A stretch of 41,011 bases of DNA, taken from positions 1 to 41,011 of the IMG/VR virus record IMGVR_UViG_3300017651_000184. One strand, given 5' to 3'. The DNA is from a virus (lineage: Duplodnaviria; Caudoviricetes). Made by a program: the position numbers and the translations under genes. Within the stretch, counting starts at the first letter, position 1, and each line of letters begins with the position of its first letter. Shown here piece after piece: positions 16,801 through 24,978 of this stretch. The notes below the pieces were generated by a model. The model was not told the origin of the DNA, made no database searches, and was given only the letters and a program-made list of their open reading frames with translations.

Positions 16801-18458
16801 CCCACCGGGCGCACGGTCACGCTCCCCGTCCCGCCCGGGTAGGGATCCCACACGCGCACGCGGACCGGGATCTCCGTGGCCGTGCCGGGCAGCTGTTCGA
16901 TCTCGACGGCGAGCGGGTACGTATCCCGCCCCTGCTCCGTGATGGGGACGATGAGGATGTCCGAGACCCACCCCTCCCGCTCCACCGCGAACTCCACCTC
17001 GCCCCCGCCGCCTCTCGCCGCTCCCCGCTGGAAGGTCCACACGGTCTCCGTGGGCGATGCGACGCCCACGGCCGGGCCGCCCGTCCGCGCGGCGCTCCCC
17101 CGTACCGCCACCAATCGGACCGTGGCGCCGATCGGCTCCAGCACGTCCACGCGCACCGGCACGTGCGTGGCGGTCGGAGTCGTGATCCGCGCCTCGCCCC
17201 GTGCGTACAGGATCGGGGCCTCGGAGGGTCGGAAAATCGACGGCTGGACCCCACGGAGGAGGTAGTCGCGATAGGGGCCGCTGAGCCGCTCGACGAGGGT
17301 CAGCGTCGTGACCCTCTCCTCCGGCGTGATCCGCCAGCGGTACGCGGCCACGGCGCCGATCTGCGGCGTGTCGTACCACGCGTTGGGCGCGAGCTGGTAG
17401 GCATCTCCCAGCTCCACCGGCCACCAGAGCCGGAGGTCCACCTCGTGCTGCGCGCCGGGGGTGGAGAGCGCACGAAGCGCCGAGAGAGAGAGGTCTCGCG
17501 CCTCCGCCGGGGTGTTGATGGGCGACTCGTCGGCCTCGACGATCTCCATCGCCAGCCGGCCGTGCAGGGCGATCGAGGCGGGATCGGTTTCGGTGACCGA
17601 TTCTCGCTTCCCCGTGGAGGTTCGGTGGTAGCTGACGGTGACCGCGTTCCGGATCGGGTCGTCGTCCACCTCCAGTCGGCGGACGGCGAGGAGGTCGTCG
17701 GGCCCGAAGGTGTGGACCGGGGTAGTAGACCCGGAGTCGAGCTGAAAGAGGGTGAGGCGAAATGCGCCATGCGCCTGGGACCACCGGAGGCGCACGTCCC
17801 ATCCCCGACCCTGCGCGAGCGTGCGGAGCGCCTCGAGGACGGACGTCCCGGCGGCCTGCTTGTACGGGGTGATGGACCAGGCGGGATTGCCGATCACCTG
17901 GAGCGGCACGGCTGCGAAGCCCCACCGATCCAGGATCTGCCGCATGAGGGTCTGGATGGGCGTGCCCGACGCCGCGCCGTACTCCTCCTCCACTTCGATC
18001 TGGGTCCGGAGTAGGCGACGCCCGTAGTCCGCCGCCTCGATCCGCACCTCGTTCTGGTCGCCCCCGAGGTCGAAGACGTGGGAACGGCCGATGAAGATCG
18101 GCTTCCACGCGCCCGTGCCGGGCGGGGTGCCCGTGGCGTGGGTGGCGACGATGACCTGCACTTCGCGCGAGAGGGAGAGCAGTGGGCCGTACGATCCACC
18201 CGGTGTCCGGTTCAGCGGTGAATCGGACCGGAGCGGCGAGAGGCTCGTCTCGTAGACCTCGCGGGCGATGCGGAGCGAGCACGTCGCCGTCATGTCGTCC
18301 ACGCTCTCCCCGCCCTCCACCTCCAGCACCCGGTCGGTGCTGTCGAGCGCGCAGAGGTCGCGCAGAACGCCGCTCGCGTCCTCCACGAGCACGCGTTGCG
18401 ACACCTGGTAGTCGACGGCCGAGAGGAGATTCCGCTCGGCTGCGGTGGTCTGGCGCAT
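13827..18458 (-). CDS. large tail tip/hub protein with three tandem ~200-aa beta-rich repeats
   Basis: Likely start MRQTT at 18458 (TGATG overlap); N-terminal hub-like domain; positioned after the tape measure and Dit-like genes. Confidence 0.8.
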   Translation of the reverse strand: MRQTTAAERNLLSAVDYQVSQRVLVEDASGVLRDLCALDSTDRVLEVEGGESVDDMTATCSLRIAREVYETSLSPLRSDSPLNRTPGGSYGPLLSLSREVQVIVATHATGTPPGTGAWKPIFIGRSHVFDLGGDQNEVRIEAADYGRRLLRTQIEVEEEYGAASGTPIQTLMRQILDRWGFAAVPLQVIGNPAWSITPYKQAAGTSVLEALRTLAQGRGWDVRLRWSQAHGAFRLTLFQLDSGSTTPVHTFGPDDLLAVRRLEVDDDPIRNAVTVSYHRTSTGKRESVTETDPASIALHGRLAMEIVEADESPINTPAEARDLSLSALRALSTPGAQHEVDLRLWWPVELGDAYQLAPNAWYDTPQIGAVAAYRWRITPEERVTTLTLVERLSGPYRDYLLRGVQPSIFRPSEAPILYARGEARITTPTATHVPVRVDVLEPIGATVRLVAVRGSAARTGGPAVGVASPTETVWTFQRGAARGGGGEVEFAVEREGWVSDILIVPITEQGRDTYPLAVEIEQLPGTATEIPVRVRVWDPYPGGTGSVTVRPVGPYGANVGPASRTLTPGASRAQAGTADFTITRGPAGSGIRRVSFVATTPGRVDGVDAIDVPAQDPAPLVFATCVARVISTSATEIEVEVTASPPGATVALVEVRGSASRIAGDAEGVAVPSGRTWRFRRGAALGGPGEVEFRATLTGATPDVDMVEIPEEGRDTVYLSTLARVSSTTATHVNVLVYVADPYPQGPDSVTVAAAGVAVGPIGPALERKLWPTADLDTTSAVAFSIERPAFGSPPGRVTFTARANGRVKDSDAVDVPAQDPEIPKLTRGTARIVAGDTTATVVAVQVTAEPSDATVRLVAVRGSGARIEGPAQGVASGSPATWKFSRGGALGGSGQAEFVIEKSGWVSDPVFAEIPEQGRDTVPLGIHIDVTATATQYVAQVFVTDPYPFGPVLVTPSAPGLGALNPVGSQSMMPTANPATTPSVTWTIQRPTAGSPPARFQVVAEIAGKLRAVDAVDVMPRDPTLPVPRRPVANLYLASTPGSAGHFWLEGDPGDAVGTMEWRTWSRLSIEPEQAPPDTWTASPLPATVVVTGHKAYERRVYAQVRVGAFSSDIVTDAMPPILDGLLGTGGSKGKPAAEVDLYSGAAAGSPYSPQTSSVVRDATGTADLLNPTIRQIMPALHGPTGYSFEQIERGGLRGDNGLGPDFRVKLPIPIGQMRPELKLAGPDGYVLADQQVSGDPNRYLMRTGDPLTSLAGGPAARDGANLALDAINPSNKFLRTGIDGGAAVPGGGTFDKVSRGGKLADTTFAGEFQIATQSTIEALTISRGLRAGMVVDGQGVTFEPAFPGTYLIAFLAGGLSHHPDLDGNAYGQVCEAINQDTNGFTARLRLRTAVDSVATQTATFSGEYAVKSTAEEAWDDRYTVEVSGTLQFARPVGGLGGDYTPSTLRLNVFVNNGFGEALRATRTYVNYNPSGGLQFSDKIEILLDGVGPGSSFRVVVVETTGNGGSLIRNAVKWGTTAAPIWRSMGLNPVPFEAKTGT
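15389..17204 (-). repeat. three intragenic repeats of ~610 bp
   Basis: Each unit carries VRGSA/VRGSG, W.F.RG, EQGRDT/EEGRDT, DPYP and DA.DV...DP; boundaries approximate. Confidence 0.85.
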
Positions 18459-18796
18459 CAGGTCTCTCGCAACGTGAAGTCGAACACGCTGAGCGCTCCA
18501 CCCTTCCGGGTGAGGAGCTGGACGGGGCGCATCTCCACGTGGCACTGCCGCGCCACCCCGCCCGCCAGGTCGCCGCTCGCGCTGACGACGGCCTTTCGGA
18601 GCTCCACCTCCAGAGCCGCGGCGGCCGCGGGGAGCATCGCCACGGTCTTCGCGGTGAGCGTCCACTTCGCCGCGCGGCGCGTGGAGAGCATTCGGCCGGA
18701 GATCGCCACGGTCCGGTGGGCCCCGTCGTCCACGTCGCGGGTCGCCTGGTCTCGCGCGATCGGCACCGTCACCCCGTTGACGGCCAGGGCGGGCAT
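18458..18796 (-). CDS. distal tail protein-like
   Basis: MPALAVNGVTVP...FDFTLRET; coupled to the tape-measure stop. Confidence 0.6.
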   Translation of the reverse strand: MPALAVNGVTVPIARDQATRDVDDGAHRTVAISGRMLSTRRAAKWTLTAKTVAMLPAAAAALEVELRKAVVSASGDLAGGVARQCHVEMRPVQLLTRKGGALSVFDFTLRET

Positions 18797-21700
18797 CAGG
18801 GCATGGTGGGCAGGGCGTGACGGAGGCCGAGGGGGTCGCCCTGGATGCTCAAGCGATCCTTGATCTCGCGGACGACGTCGCGCGCGATCTCCTTCGAGTT
18901 GCGGCCGGCGCCGTGGATGACGATGGCACCCTCCGAGATCTCGACGGGCTGCGGCGGCTGGGCGACGCGGTGGGGCTGCGACGACGAGGACGGGCCCGCC
19001 GTGGCCTCGTAGCGCGCCAAGGCGGCGTTGAAGACGCGAAAGCCTTCGGGCACGTTGCGCATCTGCTCGTTGACCCGGGCGGCCGTATCCCCCACGCGCT
19101 CCAGAGCATCCTCCCAGGAGAGGTTCTGGAGCTCCTTGCGTCCCCGGGCCAGCTCGCGCGCGCCTTCGCCGAACGACTCCCCCAGGTTCATCAGCCCCTG
19201 TCCCACCTTGGTGATGCCGTCCTGCCGGCCCGGGAGCAGCGCGTCCACCGCCTTCCCGATGGCCCGGATCAGCCACCCGATGGCGGTGGCGGTGCCCTGG
19301 GCGATGCGGAAAAAGATCTCTCCCACCCAGGTCCCGGCGATGCCGATGGCGCGGAAGACGGGGAAGAGGGCCTTCAGGATCGGCGAGAGGGCCTTCCCCA
19401 GGATCTCCCCCATCATGCGGAGGGGCTCCGTCAGTGCGGCCAGGGGCGCCTGCAGGCCCTCCAGCGCGCCCTCCAGGACCGTCCCGACCAGGCTGAGCGG
19501 GGTGAACTGGCTGGCGATGTCGAGCCCGACCCCCTTGAACGCCTGGGCGGCCTGGGTGAACATGTCGTTCGGCCGGTTGAACGCCTGCTTGACGGCCTCC
19601 CACCGGATCGCGAGCTCACGGCCCCGGCGGTCGATGCGCTCGAACGTCTCGGCCAGCGCCACTCCGTCGAGGTGCTGCGGGGCGGGCTGGAAGCGCATCG
19701 CCTGCTCGGCCGCGAGGCGGTGCGCGGCGGGCGAGCCCGCCGAGATCCCCGTGGGTGCCATGGACATGGTCCATGCGCCCGTCGCCGCGTCCTTGACCCC
19801 CCGAACCGCAGCAGTCCCCGCCGCAAAGGCTCCGAGAGCGCCCTCCTTGGCGGCCCAACCCCGCGCGATCCCGCCCATCCTGGCCGCGCGCCCGTACATC
19901 TCGCTCTCGACCTGGAGGAGCTCCGCACGGCGAAGCGCCACGAGCGCGGCGGTGCCGGCCGGGGCGGCGCGTCCCTCCTCCTTCAGCTTCGCGACCGCGT
20001 CCGTGAGGGACTTGATCTCCGACCGGAGCGCCTGAGCCCGGTTGTACGACGTCTTTAGCCCCTCGGAGAGGTCGTCCGGGTCGTCGACCCCGAGCCCCAT
20101 GCGCCGCAAGGAGTGGTGGCGCTGCAGCGCCTCGTTCAGGCGGTCCAGCGCACTGGCCGCGCCGGCGGTGAGGTCGGTGGTCCCTGGTTTGTTGTTCTCG
20201 TCTTCTAGGAGTTGAAGTTCCAGAATCGCTCCCCTGGCGACGCCGATGTTGTTGATAAGACTGTCCAGCTCCTTGCGGGCTTCCGTGTACTTGGGGTTGT
20301 CCTTCTCCGTCTCCTTGGGTGTTGCGTAGGGGGTGAAATCCGCGCGTCCAAACCCGCCCCCGGCGATGGGCGGGGCCTCGAATGTCACGACCTTTTCAGG
20401 AATCTCAGCTATCGCCCGCTCTCGTTCAGCCCGCTCGAACTCCAGTTCCAGGAGCTTCGACTGGAGGTCCGCCTTGCTGAGCGCCAGGATACTGAGCCGG
20501 AAGGAATCCGCGGCATCGGTCGCCTCCTCGATCCGGCTCTTCGTCGTGGCGAAGTACGTCCCGAGCGCCGTCAGCGCCGTGATCGCCAGCCCTACCGGCC
20601 CCCCGAACGCCGCCAGCGCACGGCTCCCGAACGCGGTGGCGGCGGCCAGTGCCCGAGCGCCGAGAGTCGCCCGGCCGAGCGCGGCGGTGTGGGCGGCGGT
20701 GGCTGCCGCCGCGCCCCGGCTCGCCGCGGCGGATCCCTGCTGTGCGGCGGTCAGGGCCCGCGTGGCGCCCGCCAGGCTCGCCTTGACCCGCGCCTCCTGG
20801 ACTCCCAGGGTAGCGAGCTCGCGCGTCGCGGCACTTACGGCGCGGGTCGCCGCGGCGCGGCGCTGAAGCTCCCGCTCCACGGCCGCACCTCCCAGCGGTG
20901 CCAGCGACGAGATCGGCACGCGCGCCGCCTGCGCTTCGACCGCGCGGGCCGCGGTGAGCTTGGCGAGCGCTTCCTGGCGTGAGACCTGGATCGCCGCCTG
21001 CGTCGCCCGCATGCTGCTCACCGTGGCCGCCGCCTCGCGCTCCTTCGCCCGCGCCACCTGCAGGGCGGCGGCCGCCTCGGCCTGCGCGGCCATGGTGGCC
21101 GTGGCTGCCATCTGCCGCTCCGCCCTCGCGGCCTCGAAGGCCGCGGCTGCGTGGCGCACCCGCGCGGCCGTCGCCGTGCCGAGCGCCGCCGTGAACCGGC
21201 CCGCGAGGGCCCCACCGGCGATCGCCATGACCCGGTGGACCGTGTCGATGTTCTTCGCCAGACCGGCGGCCCCGGCGCCGATCGCCTCGAACGTGCTCTT
21301 CAGCGCGGGAAGCGCAGGCGTGCCGGCCGCGATGGCCAGCTTGTAGATCTCGTCCGTCGTGTTGTCGAGCGCGTTCGACGTGGTCGACGCCGCCCGCTCC
21401 ATCGTCTCCATGTGGGCGAGCAGGCGGTCCAGGAACTCGACCGGGCCGCTCACCTGTTTGTTGATTTCCTCCGGGGAGATGGTGCCGAACGTCTCCTTGA
21501 TCGCCCGTGCCACGACGGGGGCCTGCGTGATGATCGGTTTCAAGTCCTCCATCAGCAGCTTGGGCCTCGTCGTCATCTGCATGAGCTGCACGATGACGCC
21601 CTGGAGCTGCTCGGGCCCGCCCGCCCCGACTGCGATGGCGTTGCTGAACTCCCGAAGCGCCCGCTGGGTGCGTGCGGCCCCCAGTTCCACCGCCTGCAGG

Positions 21701-22272
21701 CGGATTGAGCCTTCGATCGCCTCCTTGAATCCGATGCCCGGCAGCTCCGCGATCCCCTCGAGGATGGCGAGCTGGCGGCTTGCGGCGAACGCGTTCTGCG
21801 AGACGACCCCGATCCCCTTCGCCAGCCTCTCGTACGTCATGGCCGCGCCGCCGACCCCGACCGCCGTCCCGACGGCCGTCAGCCCACCGGCCGCTTGGAA
21901 GAGCCCGCGCGTGAGCCCCCCGACGGCCGTGACACCCCGCTCGACCGTCGATGTAGCGGTGTCCACCCCGCGCGCCGCCACCTGACCGGCCGGGCCCAGG
22001 CTGCGCATCGCCTCGTCCATGCGACGGATCGCCTGGCTCGCCCGGTTGACCGGCGCGGTCGCGCGCTCGGCGGCGACTCCCACCGCGCCCGCCAGTCCCG
22101 CCGGAGAGAGGGTGGAGGCGGGGAGCTGGAGTCCCCGGACGAAGCGGGCGTTCTGCGCCTCGATCCGCCGACCCACCTGCGCGAATCGCTGCTCAGTGTT
22201 CGCCAGCACACGGTTGATGTGGCTGTCGTCACCGCTGATCTGGACGAGTAGCTCCGAGAGCCTGTATCCCAC
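18796..22272 (-). CDS. tape measure protein
   Basis: Long Ala/Gly-rich helical ORF beginning VGYRLSELLVQISGD; follows the tail chaperones. Confidence 0.9.
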   Translation of the reverse strand: MGYRLSELLVQISGDDSHINRVLANTEQRFAQVGRRIEAQNARFVRGLQLPASTLSPAGLAGAVGVAAERATAPVNRASQAIRRMDEAMRSLGPAGQVAARGVDTATSTVERGVTAVGGLTRGLFQAAGGLTAVGTAVGVGGAAMTYERLAKGIGVVSQNAFAASRQLAILEGIAELPGIGFKEAIEGSIRLQAVELGAARTQRALREFSNAIAVGAGGPEQLQGVIVQLMQMTTRPKLLMEDLKPIITQAPVVARAIKETFGTISPEEINKQVSGPVEFLDRLLAHMETMERAASTTSNALDNTTDEIYKLAIAAGTPALPALKSTFEAIGAGAAGLAKNIDTVHRVMAIAGGALAGRFTAALGTATAARVRHAAAAFEAARAERQMAATATMAAQAEAAAALQVARAKEREAAATVSSMRATQAAIQVSRQEALAKLTAARAVEAQAARVPISSLAPLGGAAVERELQRRAAATRAVSAATRELATLGVQEARVKASLAGATRALTAAQQGSAAASRGAAAATAAHTAALGRATLGARALAAATAFGSRALAAFGGPVGLAITALTALGTYFATTKSRIEEATDAADSFRLSILALSKADLQSKLLELEFERAERERAIAEIPEKVVTFEAPPIAGGGFGRADFTPYATPKETEKDNPKYTEARKELDSLINNIGVARGAILELQLLEDENNKPGTTDLTAGAASALDRLNEALQRHHSLRRMGLGVDDPDDLSEGLKTSYNRAQALRSEIKSLTDAVAKLKEEGRAAPAGTAALVALRRAELLQVESEMYGRAARMGGIARGWAAKEGALGAFAAGTAAVRGVKDAATGAWTMSMAPTGISAGSPAAHRLAAEQAMRFQPAPQHLDGVALAETFERIDRRGRELAIRWEAVKQAFNRPNDMFTQAAQAFKGVGLDIASQFTPLSLVGTVLEGALEGLQAPLAALTEPLRMMGEILGKALSPILKALFPVFRAIGIAGTWVGEIFFRIAQGTATAIGWLIRAIGKAVDALLPGRQDGITKVGQGLMNLGESFGEGARELARGRKELQNLSWEDALERVGDTAARVNEQMRNVPEGFRVFNAALARYEATAGPSSSSQPHRVAQPPQPVEISEGAIVIHGAGRNSKEIARDVVREIKDRLSIQGDPLGLRHALPTMP

Positions 22273-22335
22273 GTTGTCCTCGGGTTGAGACCTCCCCCCC
22301 CGCGCGTGCGGGGGCGGTTGGTGCACCAGCACCGG

Positions 22336-22689
22336 CTATGTGTCCTCGATGTCCTCCACTTCGATCGTGAGGCCGAAGGCGGCGGCGAGCGCCTGGAGGG
22401 TCGACTCCGCGCCCCCCTCGGATTCTCCCTCCCGGAGGGAGGGGAAGAAGTGCTCGGGGCCAAGTGCTTCTCCGCCCAATCCGCCCATCGCATTCATGGC
22501 CGCCGCCGCGACCGTCCCGGTCCGGTAGTCCCGCCGCCGCTCCTGGTCCCGGCACCTCTCCAGGAGCGCCGTCGTCATCCGCGGCGATTGACGCCAGAAC
22601 TCGTCGTCGCTCAAGCCCAGGTCGAACCGGGCGATCGCCCAGATCGTCAGGAGCGGCGGCGGCTCGGGCCTCTCTTCGGGGGCAAAGGG
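22336..22689 (-). CDS. tail assembly chaperone GT-type extension (-1 frame)
   Basis: LGLSDDEFWRQSPRM motif typical of gpT; reached through slippery site CCCTTTG at 22689-22683. Confidence 0.75.
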   Translation of the reverse strand, partial: PFAPEERPEPPPLLTIWAIARFDLGLSDDEFWRQSPRMTTALLERCRDQERRRDYRTGTVAAAAMNAMGGLGGEALGPEHFFPSLREGESEGGAESTLQALAAAFGLTIEVEDIEDT

Positions 22690-23063
22690 GCCTCGCCCGC
22701 GGCGCCCTCCTCGGCTTCGAGGGACGCCGCCACGGCGTCGAGGTCCACGCCCATGGCCTCGAAGATCCGCTCGAGCGCGTACCCGGCGTTCCGGACCTCG
22801 AGCAGGTGCTCCTCCACCCACTCCGGGGTGAGTTCGGGGTCTTCGTGGCGCAGCGCCTCGCAGAGCACCACGGGGAGCATGTCGATGTCCCACGGCGTCC
22901 CGCTGGCGGGAGACCGCATGTCGAAGCCGGTCGCCGCCTTGATCCGCCGGATGGCCCCCCAGGAGAAGAGGAGCGTCCGGGGCCGATCGAGCACGATGGC
23001 GACCGGATCGTAGGGAATGGGGTTCTGCGCCGCGGGGGTGCTTGGGGTCTGCATGGTTTCCAT
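22647..23063 (-). CDS. tail assembly chaperone (gpG-like)
   Basis: Between tail tube and tape measure; slippery heptamer near the 3' end. Confidence 0.8.
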   Translation of the reverse strand: METMQTPSTPAAQNPIPYDPVAIVLDRPRTLLFSWGAIRRIKAATGFDMRSPASGTPWDIDMLPVVLCEALRHEDPELTPEWVEEHLLEVRNAGYALERIFEAMGVDLDAVAASLEAEEGAAGEAPLPPKRGPSRRRS

Positions 23064-23081
23064 GGGGCGGTCGGCCGCCTC

Positions 23082-23534
23082 TTACGAGGAGGCCAGGGTC
23101 GGGGCGATCGGCCCCGTGGGCCGGAAGTTCGCCTTGAACTTGAGGGGGTCCTTCGGCCCGCCCGCCTGTGGGGCGAACGTGACGAAGGCCTTGAACGGCA
23201 GCGTCAGCTTCTGGCCGCCGTTGGCGCCGGCGGGAACTTCGATCTTGAAGTTCCTCGCCTCCCCCGACTTCGCGACGGCGAGCAGCCCCGCGGTCCCATC
23301 GTGCGTGGCATTCGAGGGCATCCAGTTGCCCTCGACTTCGAACTCCCCGTGCTCCTGGATGCCGGTGCTGATGAACTCCTCCGACGTGCTGTCGTAGTTG
23401 GTCACGTCGACGGTCCCCGCGCCGAAACTCGGCAGCCCGATCGACGTGAGTTCCGCCACCGGCGCGAACACTTCGATCCCGGTCGCGGGGGCGTCCCCCA
23501 TGAGCAGCTTGGTCCCTCGAGCGATACGAGCCAT
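23082..23534 (-). CDS. major tail tube protein
   Basis: GTKLLMGD...VDVTNYDS..EEFI.G...GEFEVEGNW, lambda gpV-N-like pattern. Confidence 0.85.
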   Translation of the reverse strand: MARIARGTKLLMGDAPATGIEVFAPVAELTSIGLPSFGAGTVDVTNYDSTSEEFISTGIQEHGEFEVEGNWMPSNATHDGTAGLLAVAKSGEARNFKIEVPAGANGGQKLTLPFKAFVTFAPQAGGPKDPLKFKANFRPTGPIAPTLASS

Positions 23535-23535
23535 C

Positions 23536-23751
23536 TCAGCACTCCTTGCGGCTGTCGTTGTGGGTCCGGACGTGCTCGCGGATGCGATCCTCGTCCGTCG
23601 ATTCGAACGGACACGACCCGCACCCGAACACGTGCCCCGAACCCCACGGCCGCGAGGTCCACGGGGCGGTGGGCGCGTCGCCCTCCGCCGGCGAGGGCAC
23701 GGGCGGCTCCTGGGCCCCGGCGTGGGAGCGGTCCCTCGGCGGCTTGGTCAC
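23536..23751 (-). CDS. small protein with a classical C2H2 zinc finger
   Basis: CGSCPFESTDEDRIREHVRTH; GTGA overlap and GAGGAG RBS. Confidence 0.6.
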   Translation of the reverse strand: MTKPPRDRSHAGAQEPPVPSPAEGDAPTAPWTSRPWGSGHVFGCGSCPFESTDEDRIREHVRTHNDSRKEC

Positions 23752-24212
23752 GGCTCCTCTGGGTTGTTCTCGCGGGTGATGTAGGTGATGACCAGGTCCT
23801 GCCGGGCGGCGCCGTAGATCCGGCTGCCCGTGTAGCTTTCCCAGGCAGTTCCGTCCTCCTGGACGTCTTCGACGAGGGCCGCGAGCACCGGGTCCGTCGT
23901 CACGACGCGGATCGCCCACGTCGTGAGCGGGTCGAGGAGCGTGGCGACCGGTGGGCCCGCAACGGTGGTCACGACGCGGCTCTCGATGCTCACCGGCAGC
24001 GCGCGGCGCACGGCCCCGTCGTGGTCGTCCCGGTCGCACGTCTCCCGGCCACTGGTCGCTGGGGTCGGGTAGACCGCCAGCGCCGGGAGGCTGTCGTCTT
24101 CCAGCGGCAGCTCGGGATAGCGATGGACGGTCAGGCCCGGAGGGCCGCCCGACGCGCCGAGCGCCTCGGCGATGCGCTGGAGGATGCGCTCCCGGATGCT
24201 CACGCCCTCCAT
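23748..24212 (-). CDS. tail terminator (gpU-like)
   Basis: SIRERILQRIAEAL...LPALAVY; positioned before the tail tube. Confidence 0.7.
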   Translation of the reverse strand: MEGVSIRERILQRIAEALGASGGPPGLTVHRYPELPLEDDSLPALAVYPTPATSGRETCDRDDHDGAVRRALPVSIESRVVTTVAGPPVATLLDPLTTWAIRVVTTDPVLAALVEDVQEDGTAWESYTGSRIYGAARQDLVITYITRENNPEEP

Positions 24213-24214
24213 CG

Positions 24215-24526
24215 TCACGCCTCCAGAAGAGCGACGTCCGTCAGCGCCGGATCCGTCGGACGGCGGAGCGCCCGGTGGATCCGGTAGGGAACCCCGTTCA
24301 CGGAGATCTCGGCGCGCGAGGTGAGGGAGGAGGCCGGCAGGGTCCCCGTCGCGATCGTGAGCACGGCCCCGTCGACGATCACCTCCATCCGCTCCAGGAC
24401 CTCCAGGTCGGAGGTGCCGAGGTGGCCCCAGGTCTCGTGCTCCACATCGCCCACCGTGCAGCGCACGCGGGCGCCGCCGGAGTCGCGGATGAGGTCCTCC
24501 CAGAGCGCCGCGTCGCCGAGACTCAC
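24215..24526 (-). CDS. head-tail joining protein (gpFII-like)
   Basis: ~103 aa beta protein ending ISVNGVPYRI...TDVALL; synteny. Confidence 0.65.
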   Translation of the reverse strand: MSLGDAALWEDLIRDSGGARVRCTVGDVEHETWGHLGTSDLEVLERMEVIVDGAVLTIATGTLPASSLTSRAEISVNGVPYRIHRALRRPTDPALTDVALLEA

Positions 24527-24927
24527 TGCGCGCCCGCCCGCTTCCGGGTGGTGCGCACCACCGGCCCCACCGGCTCCGCCTCGACGGCGGGGGCGGACTC
24601 CCCCACGGGAGCGGCCTGCTCCGAGTCGGACGACTCCACCCCCGCGGCGAGTGCCGGTGCGATCTCCGTAGCGGGCTCGCGCTCTTCCTCCCCCTGCGGC
24701 AAGGCGTCTCCATCCACCACCGGCCCCACCGGCTCCGCCTCGACGGCGGGGGCGGCATCGACGGGGACGGTGACCCCCCGGCGGTCGAAGCTGCGCGCCC
24801 AATCCAGCCGGACGTCGGCCTCCTGCTCGGGGCAGTCCGGGCCGTAATCCACGCCCCCGTAGGAAGCGTTTCGAACGAAGCGCCTCCGGACGGTCCGCTC
24901 CGGCGCGCGTGAGATCTCGACAGGCAT
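24523..24927 (-). CDS. hypothetical head-associated protein
   Basis: GGAGG RBS; follows the capsid gene; internal duplication APAVEAEPVGPVV (~39-bp DNA direct repeat). Confidence 0.6.
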   Translation of the reverse strand: MPVEISRAPERTVRRRFVRNASYGGVDYGPDCPEQEADVRLDWARSFDRRGVTVPVDAAPAVEAEPVGPVVDGDALPQGEEEREPATEIAPALAAGVESSDSEQAAPVGESAPAVEAEPVGPVVRTTRKRAGAQ

Positions 24928-24978
24928 CGGTCCTCCGTAGCGGGGTGGCTAAACCGCCCCGCGGCTCGAGTGGAGGTC

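Noticed and set aside
11742-18458. Diversity-generating retroelement or invertible tail-fibre cassette
   Set aside because: No reverse transcriptase or invertase, and no TR/VR pair or inverted crossover sites seen; the repeats are diverged protein domains.
24940-24962. Hairpin after the capsid gene as a third GACA-type terminator
   Set aside because: The loop is TTTAG with no bulge and no U-tract; at most a stabilising or attenuating hairpin.
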